64,000 nucleotides of DNA from Methanotrichaceae archaeon (GCA_963803145.1 CAWDLW010000008.1:160001-224000); one strand, 5' to 3'; positions 48,891 through 59,850 are shown, numbered from the stretch's first letter. Numbers and translations: made by a program. The notes: generated from the sequence alone by a model not told the origin.

Positions 48891-50612
48891 ATGGATTCCC
48901 TTGAGGAGCTGATATCCGCCGCCAGATGCGAGATAGAAGTCGATCTTCTCCTTGAAGGCGCTGATATCGTGAACACCCTTTCGGGCGAGCTTCACAGAGC
49001 TGATGTTGCAATTCATAATGGTCGAATAATCGGCTTCGATTGCTCCAGCGTCAGAGAGACCATAGATCTCACCGGACTCATCCTCTCGCCAGGATTCATA
49101 GACGGCCACGTTCACATCGAGAGCGCAATGGTAACAGTGGCTGAATATGCAAGGACCGTTGTGCCGAAGGGAACAACCTCAGTGATCACCGATCCTCATG
49201 AGATCGCCAATGTCCTTGGCATCGAGGGAATCAAGTACATGCTCGACTCCTCAAGGCATGTTCCCCTGAACGTCTTCATAATGCTCTCATCCTGCGTTCC
49301 AGCAACGAATATGGAGACATCGGGCGCAGTCTTGGATGCCGATTCTCTGGCAGGCCTCATAAGCGATGATCGGGTCCTTGGCATCGCCGAGATGATGAAC
49401 TATCCGGGAGTGATCTTCCGAGACCCTGAGGTTCTGAAGAAGATCAGGCTTGCTGCCGCTTACAGAAAGCGCATTGATGGCCACTCTCCTAAACTCACAG
49501 GGAAAGATCTGACAGCCTACATTGCTGCAGGGATAACATCCGATCATGAGTGCACGTCTGTGGGCGAGGCCAGGGAGAAGCTTCGCCAGGGAATGTACAT
49601 CATGGTACGTGAAGGCAGTGCAGCCAAGAACCTTCTGGACCTTCTTCCGCTGATCACGCCCAAGAATTCAAGGCGCTTCATGTTTGTGTCGGACGACAGG
49701 CACCCTGCCGATATCCTGAAGGAAGGTCATATCGATTTCATGATCAGGACCGCAATCAAGCACGGCCTTGATCCGATTCTTGCGCTGCAGATTGCTAGCC
49801 TGAATGCAGCCGAATACTTCGGCCTGAGAGATCTTGGAGCTATTGCTCCCGGCTACAGGGCTGATATCGCAGTTCTAGATGACCTGGAATCGCCGAATGT
49901 TATGAAGGTTTTCAAAGATGGGCGGCTTGTAGCAGAGGATGGCGATCTTATAGCTCGACTTGAGGCGGCTCCTGCTCCTAAGAGCTCGGCGATGAGGATA
50001 GGAAGGATTGATGCAGGATCATTTGAAATCAGGGCTTTATCTTCGAAGGCCAGAGTGATCGGAGTAATTCCTGACCAGATAATCACAAAATCATTGGTCT
50101 GCGGAGTGAAGGCCGCCGAAGGCAGGATCGCCGCAGACACAGGTCGGGATATTCTGAAGATGGCTGTTATTGAACGCCATAAGGCTACTGGCAATGTAGG
50201 ACTCGGCCTCGTGAAGGGCTTTGGCCTCCAGACAGGAGCCATAGCCACCTCCGTTGCCCACGACTCGCACAACATAGCGGTTGTCGGCATCAGCTCAGAG
50301 GATATGTTCGCTTCTGTCCTAGCCGTGAAAGAAATGAACGGCGGGCTAGCAGTAGTAAAAGATGGCCTTCTGAAGGCAAGGCTTGCCCTGCCTGTCGCAG
50401 GCCTCATGTCCGAGAGGTATATGAGGGAGGTGGCAGACGGCATAGGTGATTGCATTGATGCGGCTCATAGTCTGGGCTGTGGTCTCAAGGACCCGTTCAT
50501 GACCTTGTCATTTTTGTGTTTGCCTGTTATACCTGAGCTGAAGCTGACTGATAAAGGATTGGTCGATGTAAATAAATTCGCTTTTGTGCCTTTGTTTGTT
50601 GAGGACGCTTGA
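48891..50612 (+). CDS. ade: adenine deaminase
   Basis: DGHVHIES, DPHEIANV, DHEC, REGS, SDDRH, AHDSHN. Confidence 0.96.
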   Translation: MDSLEELISAARCEIEVDLLLEGADIVNTLSGELHRADVAIHNGRIIGFDCSSVRETIDLTGLILSPGFIDGHVHIESAMVTVAEYARTVVPKGTTSVITDPHEIANVLGIEGIKYMLDSSRHVPLNVFIMLSSCVPATNMETSGAVLDADSLAGLISDDRVLGIAEMMNYPGVIFRDPEVLKKIRLAAAYRKRIDGHSPKLTGKDLTAYIAAGITSDHECTSVGEAREKLRQGMYIMVREGSAAKNLLDLLPLITPKNSRRFMFVSDDRHPADILKEGHIDFMIRTAIKHGLDPILALQIASLNAAEYFGLRDLGAIAPGYRADIAVLDDLESPNVMKVFKDGRLVAEDGDLIARLEAAPAPKSSAMRIGRIDAGSFEIRALSSKARVIGVIPDQIITKSLVCGVKAAEGRIAADTGRDILKMAVIERHKATGNVGLGLVKGFGLQTGAIATSVAHDSHNIAVVGISSEDMFASVLAVKEMNGGLAVVKDGLLKARLALPVAGLMSERYMREVADGIGDCIDAAHSLGCGLKDPFMTLSFLCLPVIPELKLTDKGLVDVNKFAFVPLFVEDA

Positions 50613-50726
50613 ATATGGAGTGGCTCATCCTGGTACGTTTAAGTTTCAAAAACCTGGCCTTATAAGATCTAACGGAAGGAAACCGTTAAACTCTTTTGAT
50701 ACAATCTTCGGGATCGGGTATATTTC

Positions 50727-51353
50727 ATGAAAGTTTCGATAATTCTTGCTCATCCCAGGTCAGGAAGCTTCAATCACGCCATTGCTGAGGTGGCCAGGAA
50801 AAGCCTGCAAAGCTGCGGCCACCAAGTCGCTTTCCATGACCTTTACCTGGAGAGATTCGATCCCGTCCTGCGCTACGAGGAGATTCCACAAAACGCTGCT
50901 GTAGATACGATCATCCAGAAGCATTGCGAGGAGATCTCCTCTGCAGAGGGAATAATCGTCGTCCATCCCAACTGGTGGGGTATGCCTCCGTCTATTCTCA
51001 AGGGATGGGTAGACAGGGTCATTAGGCCCGGTGTGGCTTATAAGTTCCTGGAAGGAGATAGTGGCGAGGGTGTGCCCCTTGGGCTGCTCAGGGCCAGGAA
51101 AGCAATAGTTTTTAACACATCTAATACTTCTCCAGAGCGAGAGCATCAGGTATTCGGCGATCCCCTGGAAACGATCTGGAATAACTGTATCTTCCATCTT
51201 TGTGGAGTAAAGGAGTTTCACAGGAGGACCTATTGTGTAGTTGTGACCAGCACGCTAGAGCAGCGAAAAGTTTGGCTGGAGGACGTAAGAAAAACAGTCG
51301 CAGAGTGTTTTCCGGAGGACAGAGAGAGCACGGGGACTTATGAAAATGGATGA
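50727..51353 (+). CDS. flavodoxin-fold NAD(P)H:quinone oxidoreductase
   Basis: AHP..GSFN, DLY...FDP, PNWWGMPP.ILKGWVDRV. Confidence 0.9.
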   Translation: MKVSIILAHPRSGSFNHAIAEVARKSLQSCGHQVAFHDLYLERFDPVLRYEEIPQNAAVDTIIQKHCEEISSAEGIIVVHPNWWGMPPSILKGWVDRVIRPGVAYKFLEGDSGEGVPLGLLRARKAIVFNTSNTSPEREHQVFGDPLETIWNNCIFHLCGVKEFHRRTYCVVVTSTLEQRKVWLEDVRKTVAECFPEDRESTGTYENG

Positions 51354-51503
51354 GGAAACCATCAGACAGAAGGCTCATAGATTGAAGGCTTGCCTCTGCC
51401 ATCCTCGCTCAACCGAAGTCCAGTCGATAAGAAAGCAGTCCTGCTCACTGACTGCTTGCCGACCAAAAGCTTTTTCGCCCGATTATCTGCTTAAGGATCA
51501 ATC

Positions 51504-52085
51504 ATGAAGTTGTTGGCGGCGCTATTAGCATCTCTGTTATTCTTCTCTGCGGCAGCTTTTGCGGTTCCAGATAGCATGACAGCCGGGACGTATAAAATAT
51601 CTTTTGATTTAGGATGTAATCACAGCTTGTATTCAACAAAAATCTTGCCTCCAAAGAGTACTGAATCCTCCTTGAGAAAATCTACCGATTATAATATAGA
51701 AATAACAAAAGGATCAGGACAGGCTATTATAAGAATAACGAATTATAAAGTAGCACAACCGATAATATCGCCTGAAGATTTAGCAAAAGCGATGATATAT
51801 TCATATTTATCGACAAATACTAAAGTCCTTAATTATTCTATAAGCAGCATCGATGGAACATCGGGCCCTCTTTACTCAGTAAACTATCTTATGAGCTCTA
51901 TCATTGGCTATAAAAATGTTTATCAGATAGAATATTATCCGACCTATAATAAGGGCCATACTTTTTGCGCTATCTCTTCAACTGTTCCATGGGATGCGGG
52001 CACACGACAATTAATCGAAACCATTCACATTGAACCCATGATCGTCCAAACAAATTCTTCCAATTATAATTCTTCTTTCGACTGA
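51504..52085 (+). CDS. secreted hypothetical protein
   Basis: Signal peptide; VPDSMTAGTYKISFDLG...ISSTVPWD.GT..LIETIHIE. Confidence 0.75.
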   Translation: MKLLAALLASLLFFSAAAFAVPDSMTAGTYKISFDLGCNHSLYSTKILPPKSTESSLRKSTDYNIEITKGSGQAIIRITNYKVAQPIISPEDLAKAMIYSYLSTNTKVLNYSISSIDGTSGPLYSVNYLMSSIIGYKNVYQIEYYPTYNKGHTFCAISSTVPWDAGTRQLIETIHIEPMIVQTNSSNYNSSFD

Positions 52086-52399
52086 TTGCCCAATAAATTC
52101 AAGCTTTTTAAGTACATTCTTTGTGTCTTCGTGTCTTTGTGGTGAGCGTTCAATGTTGGTCAACAACAAAGTTATGCTTCCTTTTGAGGCTAATACTAGC
52201 GGCTTTATGGCCCACTCAATCACCGCGCAGGCTACCCTAACCCATCTCCTGGGGAGGTTTCTTGAAACACAAGCGATAAGGCTGACGGGGATAAGATGAA
52301 CGATTTCTTATGTTGAAGAGGATGCACATCCGTAATTATAAACAAATAGTGAAGACCGAAAGAAGCATAACTCTATAGGCAGCATTCCCCACATCGTAT

Positions 52400-53548
52400 T
52401 TGCTTATGAATGAGGATAGGGAATTGAACCAGCTCCAGGTCTGGTTCCGCTGGAATAATAAAAACTCTTACAGCATTGCAGCTTTGTTGCCTCTGATTGA
52501 TGCAGGTCTTGCCAGGGAGCCGAGACCTGGGATTATGCTCTACAGCTTTGCCACAGCGCAGGCGGAAGAAGTCTATGAAGAGATTTCAGAGGCCAATGTC
52601 GATGCAATTTACATTGCCGGAGGCCCTCATCCTTCGGCGATGCCTGACGAGGTTTTGGATTATTTCGATTATGTTGTCATCGGCGAGGGTGAAGAGACTT
52701 TGCCTGAGCTGTTAGAGGCAATAACAAGAAGCGAAGATCCAAAAAACGTCAAGGGGATAGCATATAAAGCGAATTCTAAAATCGTCTATACAGGCCAGCG
52801 AGAACCTGTAGATCTTGACCTCTATCCGCCGTTTGGAAAAATCCTATCGCCTATTGAGATCAGCCGAGGTTGCCCATGGAAATGCGCCTATTGTCAGACA
52901 TCTTGCCTTTTTGGCAGCATTATGCGCCATCGCTCTATTGCTACCATTATCAAATATGCCCATCGCCATAAGGATATCAGGCTGACATCCCCGAACTCGC
53001 TCGCCTATGGCTCAGACGGGCTAAGCCCTCGCCTGGATAAGGTGGAATTTCTTCTTAGCTCGCTCTCAGAGCTGAAGAGGCCGATCTACTTCGGAACTTT
53101 TCCTTCCGAGGTCAGGCCCGAGTTTGTATCACATAAAGCTCTAGAGCTGATAACGAAATACTGTGCCAACAAGACGCTGAGCGTCGGCGGTCAGTCTGGC
53201 AGCCCTGCTGTTCTGAGGGCCATCGGTCGAGGCCATAGCGTCGCCCGGGTCGAAGAGGCATGCGATCTCTGCGTGGAGCACTGTTTGATTCCACAGGTTG
53301 ATCTTATCTTTGGCCTGCCGATGGAATCCCCAGAGGATCAGATGCTCACACTGGATCTGGCAAAGAGGATTGTGGCAAAGGGCGGAAAGGTCAGGGCGCA
53401 TTACTTCACGCCTCTGCCTGGAACGCCTCTGGCGGGCGCGCTGCCATCACTTTTGGCAGAGGATGTTGAAGCTGAGCTTGGAAGATTGGCCTTGGGAGGC
53501 CAGCTGACAGGAGTCTGGGCTGCTAGAGCTAGAGGTAGAACTGCTTGA
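52400..53548 (+). CDS. B12-binding domain / radical SAM protein (archaeal TIGR04013-like)
   Basis: GGPHPS, GEGE, EISRGCPWKCAYCQT. Confidence 0.9.
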   Translation: MLMNEDRELNQLQVWFRWNNKNSYSIAALLPLIDAGLAREPRPGIMLYSFATAQAEEVYEEISEANVDAIYIAGGPHPSAMPDEVLDYFDYVVIGEGEETLPELLEAITRSEDPKNVKGIAYKANSKIVYTGQREPVDLDLYPPFGKILSPIEISRGCPWKCAYCQTSCLFGSIMRHRSIATIIKYAHRHKDIRLTSPNSLAYGSDGLSPRLDKVEFLLSSLSELKRPIYFGTFPSEVRPEFVSHKALELITKYCANKTLSVGGQSGSPAVLRAIGRGHSVARVEEACDLCVEHCLIPQVDLIFGLPMESPEDQMLTLDLAKRIVAKGGKVRAHYFTPLPGTPLAGALPSLLAEDVEAELGRLALGGQLTGVWAARARGRTA

Positions 53549-53864
53549 ATGGCTTCCGGTACTCGTCCTGGAGTTCGTATACTATTATTACCTTCTCCTG
53601 CATAACGTGAATCTCCTTCACAGCTTGGGAGAATAGAAACCAGATATAGCCGCGGTCAGGGAGCTTGTACTTGTCCGGCAGTGAGGAGGTGAACTCAGTT
53701 TCTCCTAGAATATAGGTTCTGAGAAGCTCGCTTCCCGATGCGAACAGGAACGGAAAGCTCACTTTCTCGATCTCACGCTGGCAGGAGCCTCTCAGCCTGA
53801 GGCGATCTGCCAGATATCGTAGATAATCGTCCCTAGTTATCACCAGTTCTCTAAGCTCGCCCAC
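53529..53864 (-). CDS. hypothetical protein
   Basis: 111-aa ORF with SD-like gtggtga upstream. Confidence 0.65.
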   Translation of the reverse strand: MGELRELVITRDDYLRYLADRLRLRGSCQREIEKVSFPFLFASGSELLRTYILGETEFTSSLPDKYKLPDRGYIWFLFSQAVKEIHVMQEKVIIVYELQDEYRKPFKQFYL

Positions 53865-54028
53865 TGTATCACCACGGAAAGGAGGAGACTCGAATAGATA
53901 AAACTAATCATCTGGCTTGGCCGCTATTTTACTTAATAATTTTTGGCATAAACCATGGCATCATTGAAAGGCGCGGAGGAAATAGGAATGCTGTGGGTTG
54001 TGATCCCAAAATCAATACACACTCGAGC

Positions 54029-56200
54029 TCAATACACGCTCAAGCCTGCTGCCGAAGCCTCCGCCTTTGGCGTCACGGGAATTACCTCATCCACTGGACA
54101 GGCGCTTATCTTCTCAGCGAGCTTAGCAAGAACCTCTTTCCGCATTCCGCCTACAAATTTGATTGAGCCGACGACCAAATGTCCGCCGCCCGAAACGCCG
54201 CCGTTCGGGATCTCCTCCATAAGCTCTCTGACCATTTGTGGAATGTTCATCTTGACACCACGAGAACGAAGCACGGCGAAATCCGGGCCATAGCCTATTG
54301 TCACCACCGGCTTTCCGGCAAACTTCTTGCAAAGCCGATCATGCACCTCGCCAGATGTTTTTCCTGGCGGTGGGAATGTGAACTTGTGAGCGAAGTTCTC
54401 CACATCCAGAACGTTCATGATTGTGCCATTGGGGAGCTTTGTGCTCTTCACATTGCCCATGCTTGCCCTGAGCTGCTCATCTATTGCAGCATTTGCCTGC
54501 TCAGAAAGCAGATCTACAAACCTCTGATGCCGGTCCAGTCTTCCAAGGCAGAGAATATCGTTGATCAGCCCTCGGCCCTCGTTGTACCGCAGCCAGAATG
54601 CTTCATAATCCAAAGCAAGCGCGATCTTCTTCAGATCCTCCAGCTTGAACTTGTCTTCAATAAGCTTTTTATAACGTTCGGCCTCCGGCGCCTCACTGCG
54701 GTCGCCAACAGCAGAGACTGCAGGGAAATGTTTGATCTTGCTCTCTACCTGGGGGTAGATCATGCGAGCTATCTCAGTTCCAAGCATGCCGGTTGTAACT
54801 CCGAAGTCTCCTCCTGCGTGAGCCGGGTTCACGTGTGCTATCAGGAACTGATCTACAATCTTATCTGGATGGTGATGGTCTACAACTATCATTTCCATTC
54901 CGTAAACCTGGGCCTGCTTCATGGCCGGCAGATCCTCTTCAGTCGAGCCGTTATCCATCAGAATCACAAGCGGCATCTTCTGGCCATGTCTGCTCAGATC
55001 CTCCAAAGCATAGCTCAGATCCTTGGTTATGTCCTCAAGCTCGTAGAACGGAGCCTTGCTTGGAGCTCTGCGGTAGTTATAATATTCAGCATCAGTTCCG
55101 CCTACCTCTTTAATCAGCGGGAGTATGGCAGTCTCGATTGCCACAGCAGAGGTTATTCCGTCAGCATCAGCATGATGCCTTAGTATTATTGGCGTTGACT
55201 TGAGAATAGCTCTTCTGATCTCTCTAGCAACTTTCTTCATTGCAGGCTTAAGCCTTTCCATGACTTCGCTCTCTACAAGCAAAGGAACATCAGAAGGCTC
55301 AGCCCTTTTATCTATCGCTTGTTCTATCTGGTCCTTAACATGTGACGCCTCCCCGCCCCAGAGGCGCTTCATAGACTTGATCTCTATCTGGACCTGGTTG
55401 TTTCTGACAGTGACTTCACCTATTACTCTGACGATCATCTCGCTATCGATGTCAGGATAGGCACGCACCCCTGCACGCTCAAAGGCGGCACAAAAAACCA
55501 GACCGCTGTCATCCGCCACAGTAAAGATTGTCGGTCCGCCCGTCTGCTTGACCTGAATAACCTCCCCTTTTATGAGCACCGATTTGCCGACAAGGCGTTC
55601 CAAATGGGCTGCTTTGGAGAGAGGCAGCTCTTTCTCGACCTCAATTGTATTGTATTCCTTGAGCTCCACCGGCTCAAGCTCAATATTGCCGTTGGGTGCA
55701 ATATTATTGACTCTCACAAGAAAAGGATCTCCCACTTCAGGTTTTGATTTTAAATATTTATTATGAGCCAGTCCTCTGACATGATCGTTCAAATCGACAA
55801 AAGCCCCGAAGTTTGCAATTCCAGATACCTTTCCCTGGTATGCCTCTCCAACAACTAGATCGCCTGTATCGCATGCCTGGTCAAGTATATGAACCAGGGG
55901 CTTTTTGGAACAACGCTCACACAGCTCCTTCTTGCTCGTCAGCTTAGCGCCGCAGACCGCGCAACTATATTCGCGCCCTAGGCCGCCGCATGCTTCACAG
56001 GGCTCAGTGACAGGCATTTTTCCTGAGCCATGGCATACGCTGCACTTCGTTGTACCTTGCTCTATCAGCGCCTTCATATCGCTATCTGATGCCTCGCCTA
56101 AGCTGATGGATTCAGTCTTCCCGCTGCCGCCGCAGTTTGGGCAAGGCTTCTCTCCTGTTACGAGGTATCCTTTGCCCCTGCAATTATCGCACAGGTTCAT
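54029..56200 (-). CDS. archaeal RecJ-like DHH phosphoesterase with DnaJ-type Zn finger, S1 and OB domains
   Basis: CxxCxGxG repeats, FGAFV, HHADADG, DNGS, VDHH, GGGH; ATG at 56200 preferred. Confidence 0.92.
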   Translation of the reverse strand: MNLCDNCRGKGYLVTGEKPCPNCGGSGKTESISLGEASDSDMKALIEQGTTKCSVCHGSGKMPVTEPCEACGGLGREYSCAVCGAKLTSKKELCERCSKKPLVHILDQACDTGDLVVGEAYQGKVSGIANFGAFVDLNDHVRGLAHNKYLKSKPEVGDPFLVRVNNIAPNGNIELEPVELKEYNTIEVEKELPLSKAAHLERLVGKSVLIKGEVIQVKQTGGPTIFTVADDSGLVFCAAFERAGVRAYPDIDSEMIVRVIGEVTVRNNQVQIEIKSMKRLWGGEASHVKDQIEQAIDKRAEPSDVPLLVESEVMERLKPAMKKVAREIRRAILKSTPIILRHHADADGITSAVAIETAILPLIKEVGGTDAEYYNYRRAPSKAPFYELEDITKDLSYALEDLSRHGQKMPLVILMDNGSTEEDLPAMKQAQVYGMEMIVVDHHHPDKIVDQFLIAHVNPAHAGGDFGVTTGMLGTEIARMIYPQVESKIKHFPAVSAVGDRSEAPEAERYKKLIEDKFKLEDLKKIALALDYEAFWLRYNEGRGLINDILCLGRLDRHQRFVDLLSEQANAAIDEQLRASMGNVKSTKLPNGTIMNVLDVENFAHKFTFPPPGKTSGEVHDRLCKKFAGKPVVTIGYGPDFAVLRSRGVKMNIPQMVRELMEEIPNGGVSGGGHLVVGSIKFVGGMRKEVLAKLAEKISACPVDEVIPVTPKAEASAAGLSVY

Positions 56201-56274
56201 CCCTGATGATAATGTGCACCATGAATTTATTGATTTTGCAAGAGAATAAATAACATGTCTGTTCTCTACCAAGC

Positions 56275-56826
56275 ATGCGAATTGTGGTTCTCCGGCTGGG
56301 GCATCGACCTGAGCGCGATAAACGTATCACTACACACGTAGGCCTGGTGGCCCGAGCATTCGGAGCTGAGGAGATGCTTCTGACAGGCCATGACGCCCAT
56401 GTCGAGGAGAGCCTGGTTGATGTAACAGAACGATGGGGTGGAGATTTTCGCTTAAAATCGGGCGTAAGCTGGCAAGGGGAGGCCGTGCGCTGGAAGGAGG
56501 CAGGAGGAAAGATAGCTCACCTCACCATGTATGGCTCGAACCTGCCTGATGTAATAAATGAGATCAAAGGATGCGAAAACTTATTGGTCGTAGTCGGGGC
56601 AGAGAAGGTTCCTGCTGAGATGTACGACCTGGCAGATTGGAATGTGGCAGTAGGGAATCAGCCTCATTCTGAAGTTGCCGCATTGGCAGTATTCCTTGAC
56701 AGGCTCTTTGAAGGAAAAGAACTTTTGAACAAGTTTGAAGGCGGTCTGGAGATTGTTCCCTCGCCCAGAGGAAAGCAAGTGATCTATCCAAAAGAGTACA
56801 ATCTAAAGGATCATAATCTGAAGTAG
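56275..56826 (+). CDS. trm56: tRNA (cytidine56-2'-O)-methyltransferase aTrm56
   Basis: [39 protein letters not shown]. Confidence 0.96.
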   Translation: MRIVVLRLGHRPERDKRITTHVGLVARAFGAEEMLLTGHDAHVEESLVDVTERWGGDFRLKSGVSWQGEAVRWKEAGGKIAHLTMYGSNLPDVINEIKGCENLLVVVGAEKVPAEMYDLADWNVAVGNQPHSEVAALAVFLDRLFEGKELLNKFEGGLEIVPSPRGKQVIYPKEYNLKDHNLK

Positions 56827-56893
56827 AATAATCTAAAGAAATGCAAGTTCAATAGGGTTCAATTCAAAAATTGTATCAGAGATACATAATATT

Positions 56894-57988
56894 ATGATGA
56901 TTTTAATAGCAGGCATCAGTGTCAGGCATATCGCCTGCTCAGCAGCCAGGGCAGGCTGCTCAGTTATCGCTGCTGATTGCTACTGCGATCTAGACTTAGA
57001 ACGGTGTACCTCACATACGATCCTGCTCCCAGAGGAAGATGTGACGCGAAATCTTCAGGAGTATATCGATATGTTCTCTCCTGATGCTGTTATCCTGGGG
57101 CCGGGGATTGAGGAGACAAGGGTAAAGAATGTTCGCGTTTTAAACAACTCCTCTGAAAAGATCGCTCGAGTCTCCGATAAGCTGTGGTTGGCTCGCTGGC
57201 TGGAGAGCAAAGGCTTTCCAAGCATAAAGACGCAAGCATCAGTTGACGACATGAATTTTCCCGCCATCGTAAAGCCTCGCAAAGGTGCTGGGGGTGTGGG
57301 CTGTGAGCTTATCCAAAATAAAATTGACCTATCGCTTGGGGACGACGTGATCGTCCAAGAGTTTATAAAGGGCTTGCCTGCTAGCGTCTCCACTATTGGA
57401 AACGGTCACGAAGGACGAGCATTAGCTGTGAATGAGCAGCTCATAGGCGCTAGTTGGACAGGAGCGCGCGGGTTTAGATATAGTGGAAACATCACGCCAT
57501 TAGAGGCGCCGTCACAAGGGATCGCGGAGATAGCCGAGGATATTACAACTGAGCTGGGGCTTATAGGAAGCAACGGCGTGGATTTTCTGCTTACTGAGAA
57601 AGGCCCAGTTGTTGTGGAGGTAAACCCGCGTTTTCAGGGCAGCATTGATACTGTTGAGCTTTCAACAGGCATTAACGTATTTAGCGCACACCTGGAGTCT
57701 TTCGATGGCATCCTCCCTGAGTATCCCAATCCAGAAAGGGTTGCGGGAAGGGCGATAATCTATGCAGAAGATGATTTATCGATCGATGAAGATCTGAGCT
57801 CAGTTTGGACAACGGATATCCCACGGATTGGATCGATTATAAAAAAGGATGATCCTGTTGCGTCTATCCTGGCCACCGGCAAGGACAGAGAGGGCACCCT
57901 GAGTTTGCTCATGGATAGAGCAACAGGGCTGCGGGGGAGTTTAAGAGCTTTCTCGAAGGTATCAAATGCAGGGCAGCCTTTGCAATAA
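56894..57988 (+). CDS. ATP-grasp protein
   Basis: VKPRKGAGG, QEFIKG, YSGN, GVDF, EVNPRFQG. Confidence 0.9.
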   Translation: MMILIAGISVRHIACSAARAGCSVIAADCYCDLDLERCTSHTILLPEEDVTRNLQEYIDMFSPDAVILGPGIEETRVKNVRVLNNSSEKIARVSDKLWLARWLESKGFPSIKTQASVDDMNFPAIVKPRKGAGGVGCELIQNKIDLSLGDDVIVQEFIKGLPASVSTIGNGHEGRALAVNEQLIGASWTGARGFRYSGNITPLEAPSQGIAEIAEDITTELGLIGSNGVDFLLTEKGPVVVEVNPRFQGSIDTVELSTGINVFSAHLESFDGILPEYPNPERVAGRAIIYAEDDLSIDEDLSSVWTTDIPRIGSIIKKDDPVASILATGKDREGTLSLLMDRATGLRGSLRAFSKVSNAGQPLQ

Positions 57989-58021
57989 TAATGCTATTAG
58001 GTATTGATGCTGGCAGATGAT

Positions 58022-58150
58022 CTACCAGCGCAGGAATCTATAGAGCCAGTTGCAGGTCAGCGTCCAGGCTTTGACACAGCCTGATCCCTTCTCCAGCTTC
58101 TGCCTATCTTTTTCGCTATACCTTTTTTCATCCTTCATCCACGAATCCAT
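58022..58150 (-). CDS. possible 42-aa small protein
   Basis: MDSWMKDEKRYSEKDRQKLEKGSGCVKAWTLTCNWLYRFLRW*; ORF evidence only. Confidence 0.3.
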   Translation of the reverse strand: MDSWMKDEKRYSEKDRQKLEKGSGCVKAWTLTCNWLYRFLRW

Positions 58151-58333
58151 AGTCTGACATTTAGACAATTTGAATATAACAATATCGGTCTCACTGTATT
58201 GATCCCGCTTAGCCTCAACTAGCCGAAATAGACGGAAGATGCCTTCCGGCCTCAGCCTAAATAGTTAACGTCGAAAAAGGTAATATAGCAAAAGCGTAAA
58301 AGATAGAAATTCAAAAGAGCCTATGAGGACTAG

Positions 58334-58882
58334 ATGAAGTCACCTGAAAGGATTACCATTGCACTCGATGAAGAAACTGCAGGCCTGTTCAAGAAGATGA
58401 AGGAAGACCTGGGCATGTCCCAGAGCGAACTTATGCGTGAGTCGCTGAAGTTCTTCGGCAAGCACAAATCACTCTTTGACTTTGCTGAGGACAAGAAGGT
58501 CTATACACATGCAGAGATGCTGTCTGCGGGAGAACACATAATCCTTGATATCGATCACTGGATTTTATTCCTGAGCTTCATTGAGACACATCCAGATAAG
58601 CAAAAATTCTGGGATATGCATAAAGAGGTCAGCCAGGCCCATGCAGAGCAGTTTAAACATAAGCTCTATAATGCGGAGAGCATTCTTAAGCGTCTGGAGA
58701 TCTGCAACCTTTTCCAGCTAAGCAGGACATCAAAGAATGAGTTCACTCTGATCTTCGGATCGGATCTTGCTAAAAAGTTTGTTCGGCTGGAGCTGGAGGA
58801 GATCTTTGCAGGAATGGGATTCCTGGTGGAGATCAAGGAGGACTTTTCCAAGCTCAGGCTGAAGGTAATACACGACCTCTAA
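58334..58882 (+). CDS. CopG/RHH transcriptional regulator
   Basis: RITIALDEE...SQSELMRESL ribbon-helix-helix plus a C-terminal domain. Confidence 0.85.
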   Translation: MKSPERITIALDEETAGLFKKMKEDLGMSQSELMRESLKFFGKHKSLFDFAEDKKVYTHAEMLSAGEHIILDIDHWILFLSFIETHPDKQKFWDMHKEVSQAHAEQFKHKLYNAESILKRLEICNLFQLSRTSKNEFTLIFGSDLAKKFVRLELEEIFAGMGFLVEIKEDFSKLRLKVIHDL

Positions 58883-58994
58883 AATTTTAGATTAATATTA
58901 TTAGATAACTTCAGTAGATTTAGCTTGTAGTACTCTTATGGAAAGCATACGCAAAGGTGCTAAGGCACCAGCACAATCGATGCTGATATCGACG

Positions 58995-59414
58995 CTATGG
59001 GTTCTTCCTGCTTCTCCCTAGCACCATCTGTTTCGTCGCCCTCTCTGCCTCGATACTCCTTCGGCACACTGGACATACCCATATCCATTCGAGGCCGCTC
59101 GAGTCCTTCTGTAAATTGGACGGCAAGGCCTTCTCTATATACCTCAGCATCGGCCCAGTTGCATAGCGTGTACCGCAGATCTTACAAGGCACAAGATCAA
59201 AGGCCACAGTGGGCTCCTCGCTCTCAGGCTCGAAGGGAACAAGGGTCAGCGCCTTTGCGGGGCAGAACTCAACACACAGATCGCACTCTTCTTTGCATTT
59301 CTTCCAATGGATTGACCTTTTTTCAGGCGTCTCCTCGCGAACGATGTTCTGGTTAGGACAGACGTTGGAACAGGAGAAGCACCCTAGACATTTGCTTGCA
59401 TCAACTTTGATCAT
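58995..59414 (-). CDS. 4Fe-4S ferredoxin-like protein
   Basis: CLGCFSCSNVCP, C...CDLCVEFCP, plus CKIC/CPVC. Confidence 0.88.
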   Translation of the reverse strand: MIKVDASKCLGCFSCSNVCPNQNIVREETPEKRSIHWKKCKEECDLCVEFCPAKALTLVPFEPESEEPTVAFDLVPCKICGTRYATGPMLRYIEKALPSNLQKDSSGLEWIWVCPVCRRSIEAERATKQMVLGRSRKNP

Positions 59415-59848
59415 CTTCTACCTCCATGTGCTACAGCTATGGCTGCCCTCGCTCTTGCGCGCTTCGATGCAAGCTCGAAGTCTGTGCTCAGGGCGTTGGC
59501 AGGGCAGGTTATGATGCATGTCGGTGTCTCTCGTCCTGCGCATAAGTCGCATTTATGCGCAACCTTATCCGACCAGACGACCCCGAAGGGACATGCCAAT
59601 CTGCATAGCCCGCAGCCCGTGCATTTTTCAAGTGCAAAGGCTGTGCGCTCTCCATCTTTTGAAAGAGCACCTGAGAAACAGGCCATAGTGCATGTCGCCT
59701 CCTCGCAGTGGTGGCAGAAAATTGGTACGGAGGCATGGTCCCCCACCATATGCACATTCACATGCCCTTTTCCGCCATGGACTCTTTTACATGCCACTTC
59801 GCAGGATCTGCAGCCTATGCATCTGCTTATATCAACATAAACGGGCAT
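59411..59848 (-). CDS. 4Fe-4S dicluster protein (HydN/DmsB-like)
   Basis: Four Cys clusters: CIGCRSCEVAC, CHHC...C...C, CTGCGLCRLACP, CDLC. Confidence 0.9.
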   Translation of the reverse strand: MPVYVDISRCIGCRSCEVACKRVHGGKGHVNVHMVGDHASVPIFCHHCEEATCTMACFSGALSKDGERTAFALEKCTGCGLCRLACPFGVVWSDKVAHKCDLCAGRETPTCIITCPANALSTDFELASKRARARAAIAVAHGGRR

Positions 59849-59850
59849 CT

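Noticed and set aside
54179-55183. 334-aa plus-strand ORF and other long shadow ORFs (8391, 26677, 49853)
   Set aside because: Antisense to well-supported genes, with no recognisable motifs
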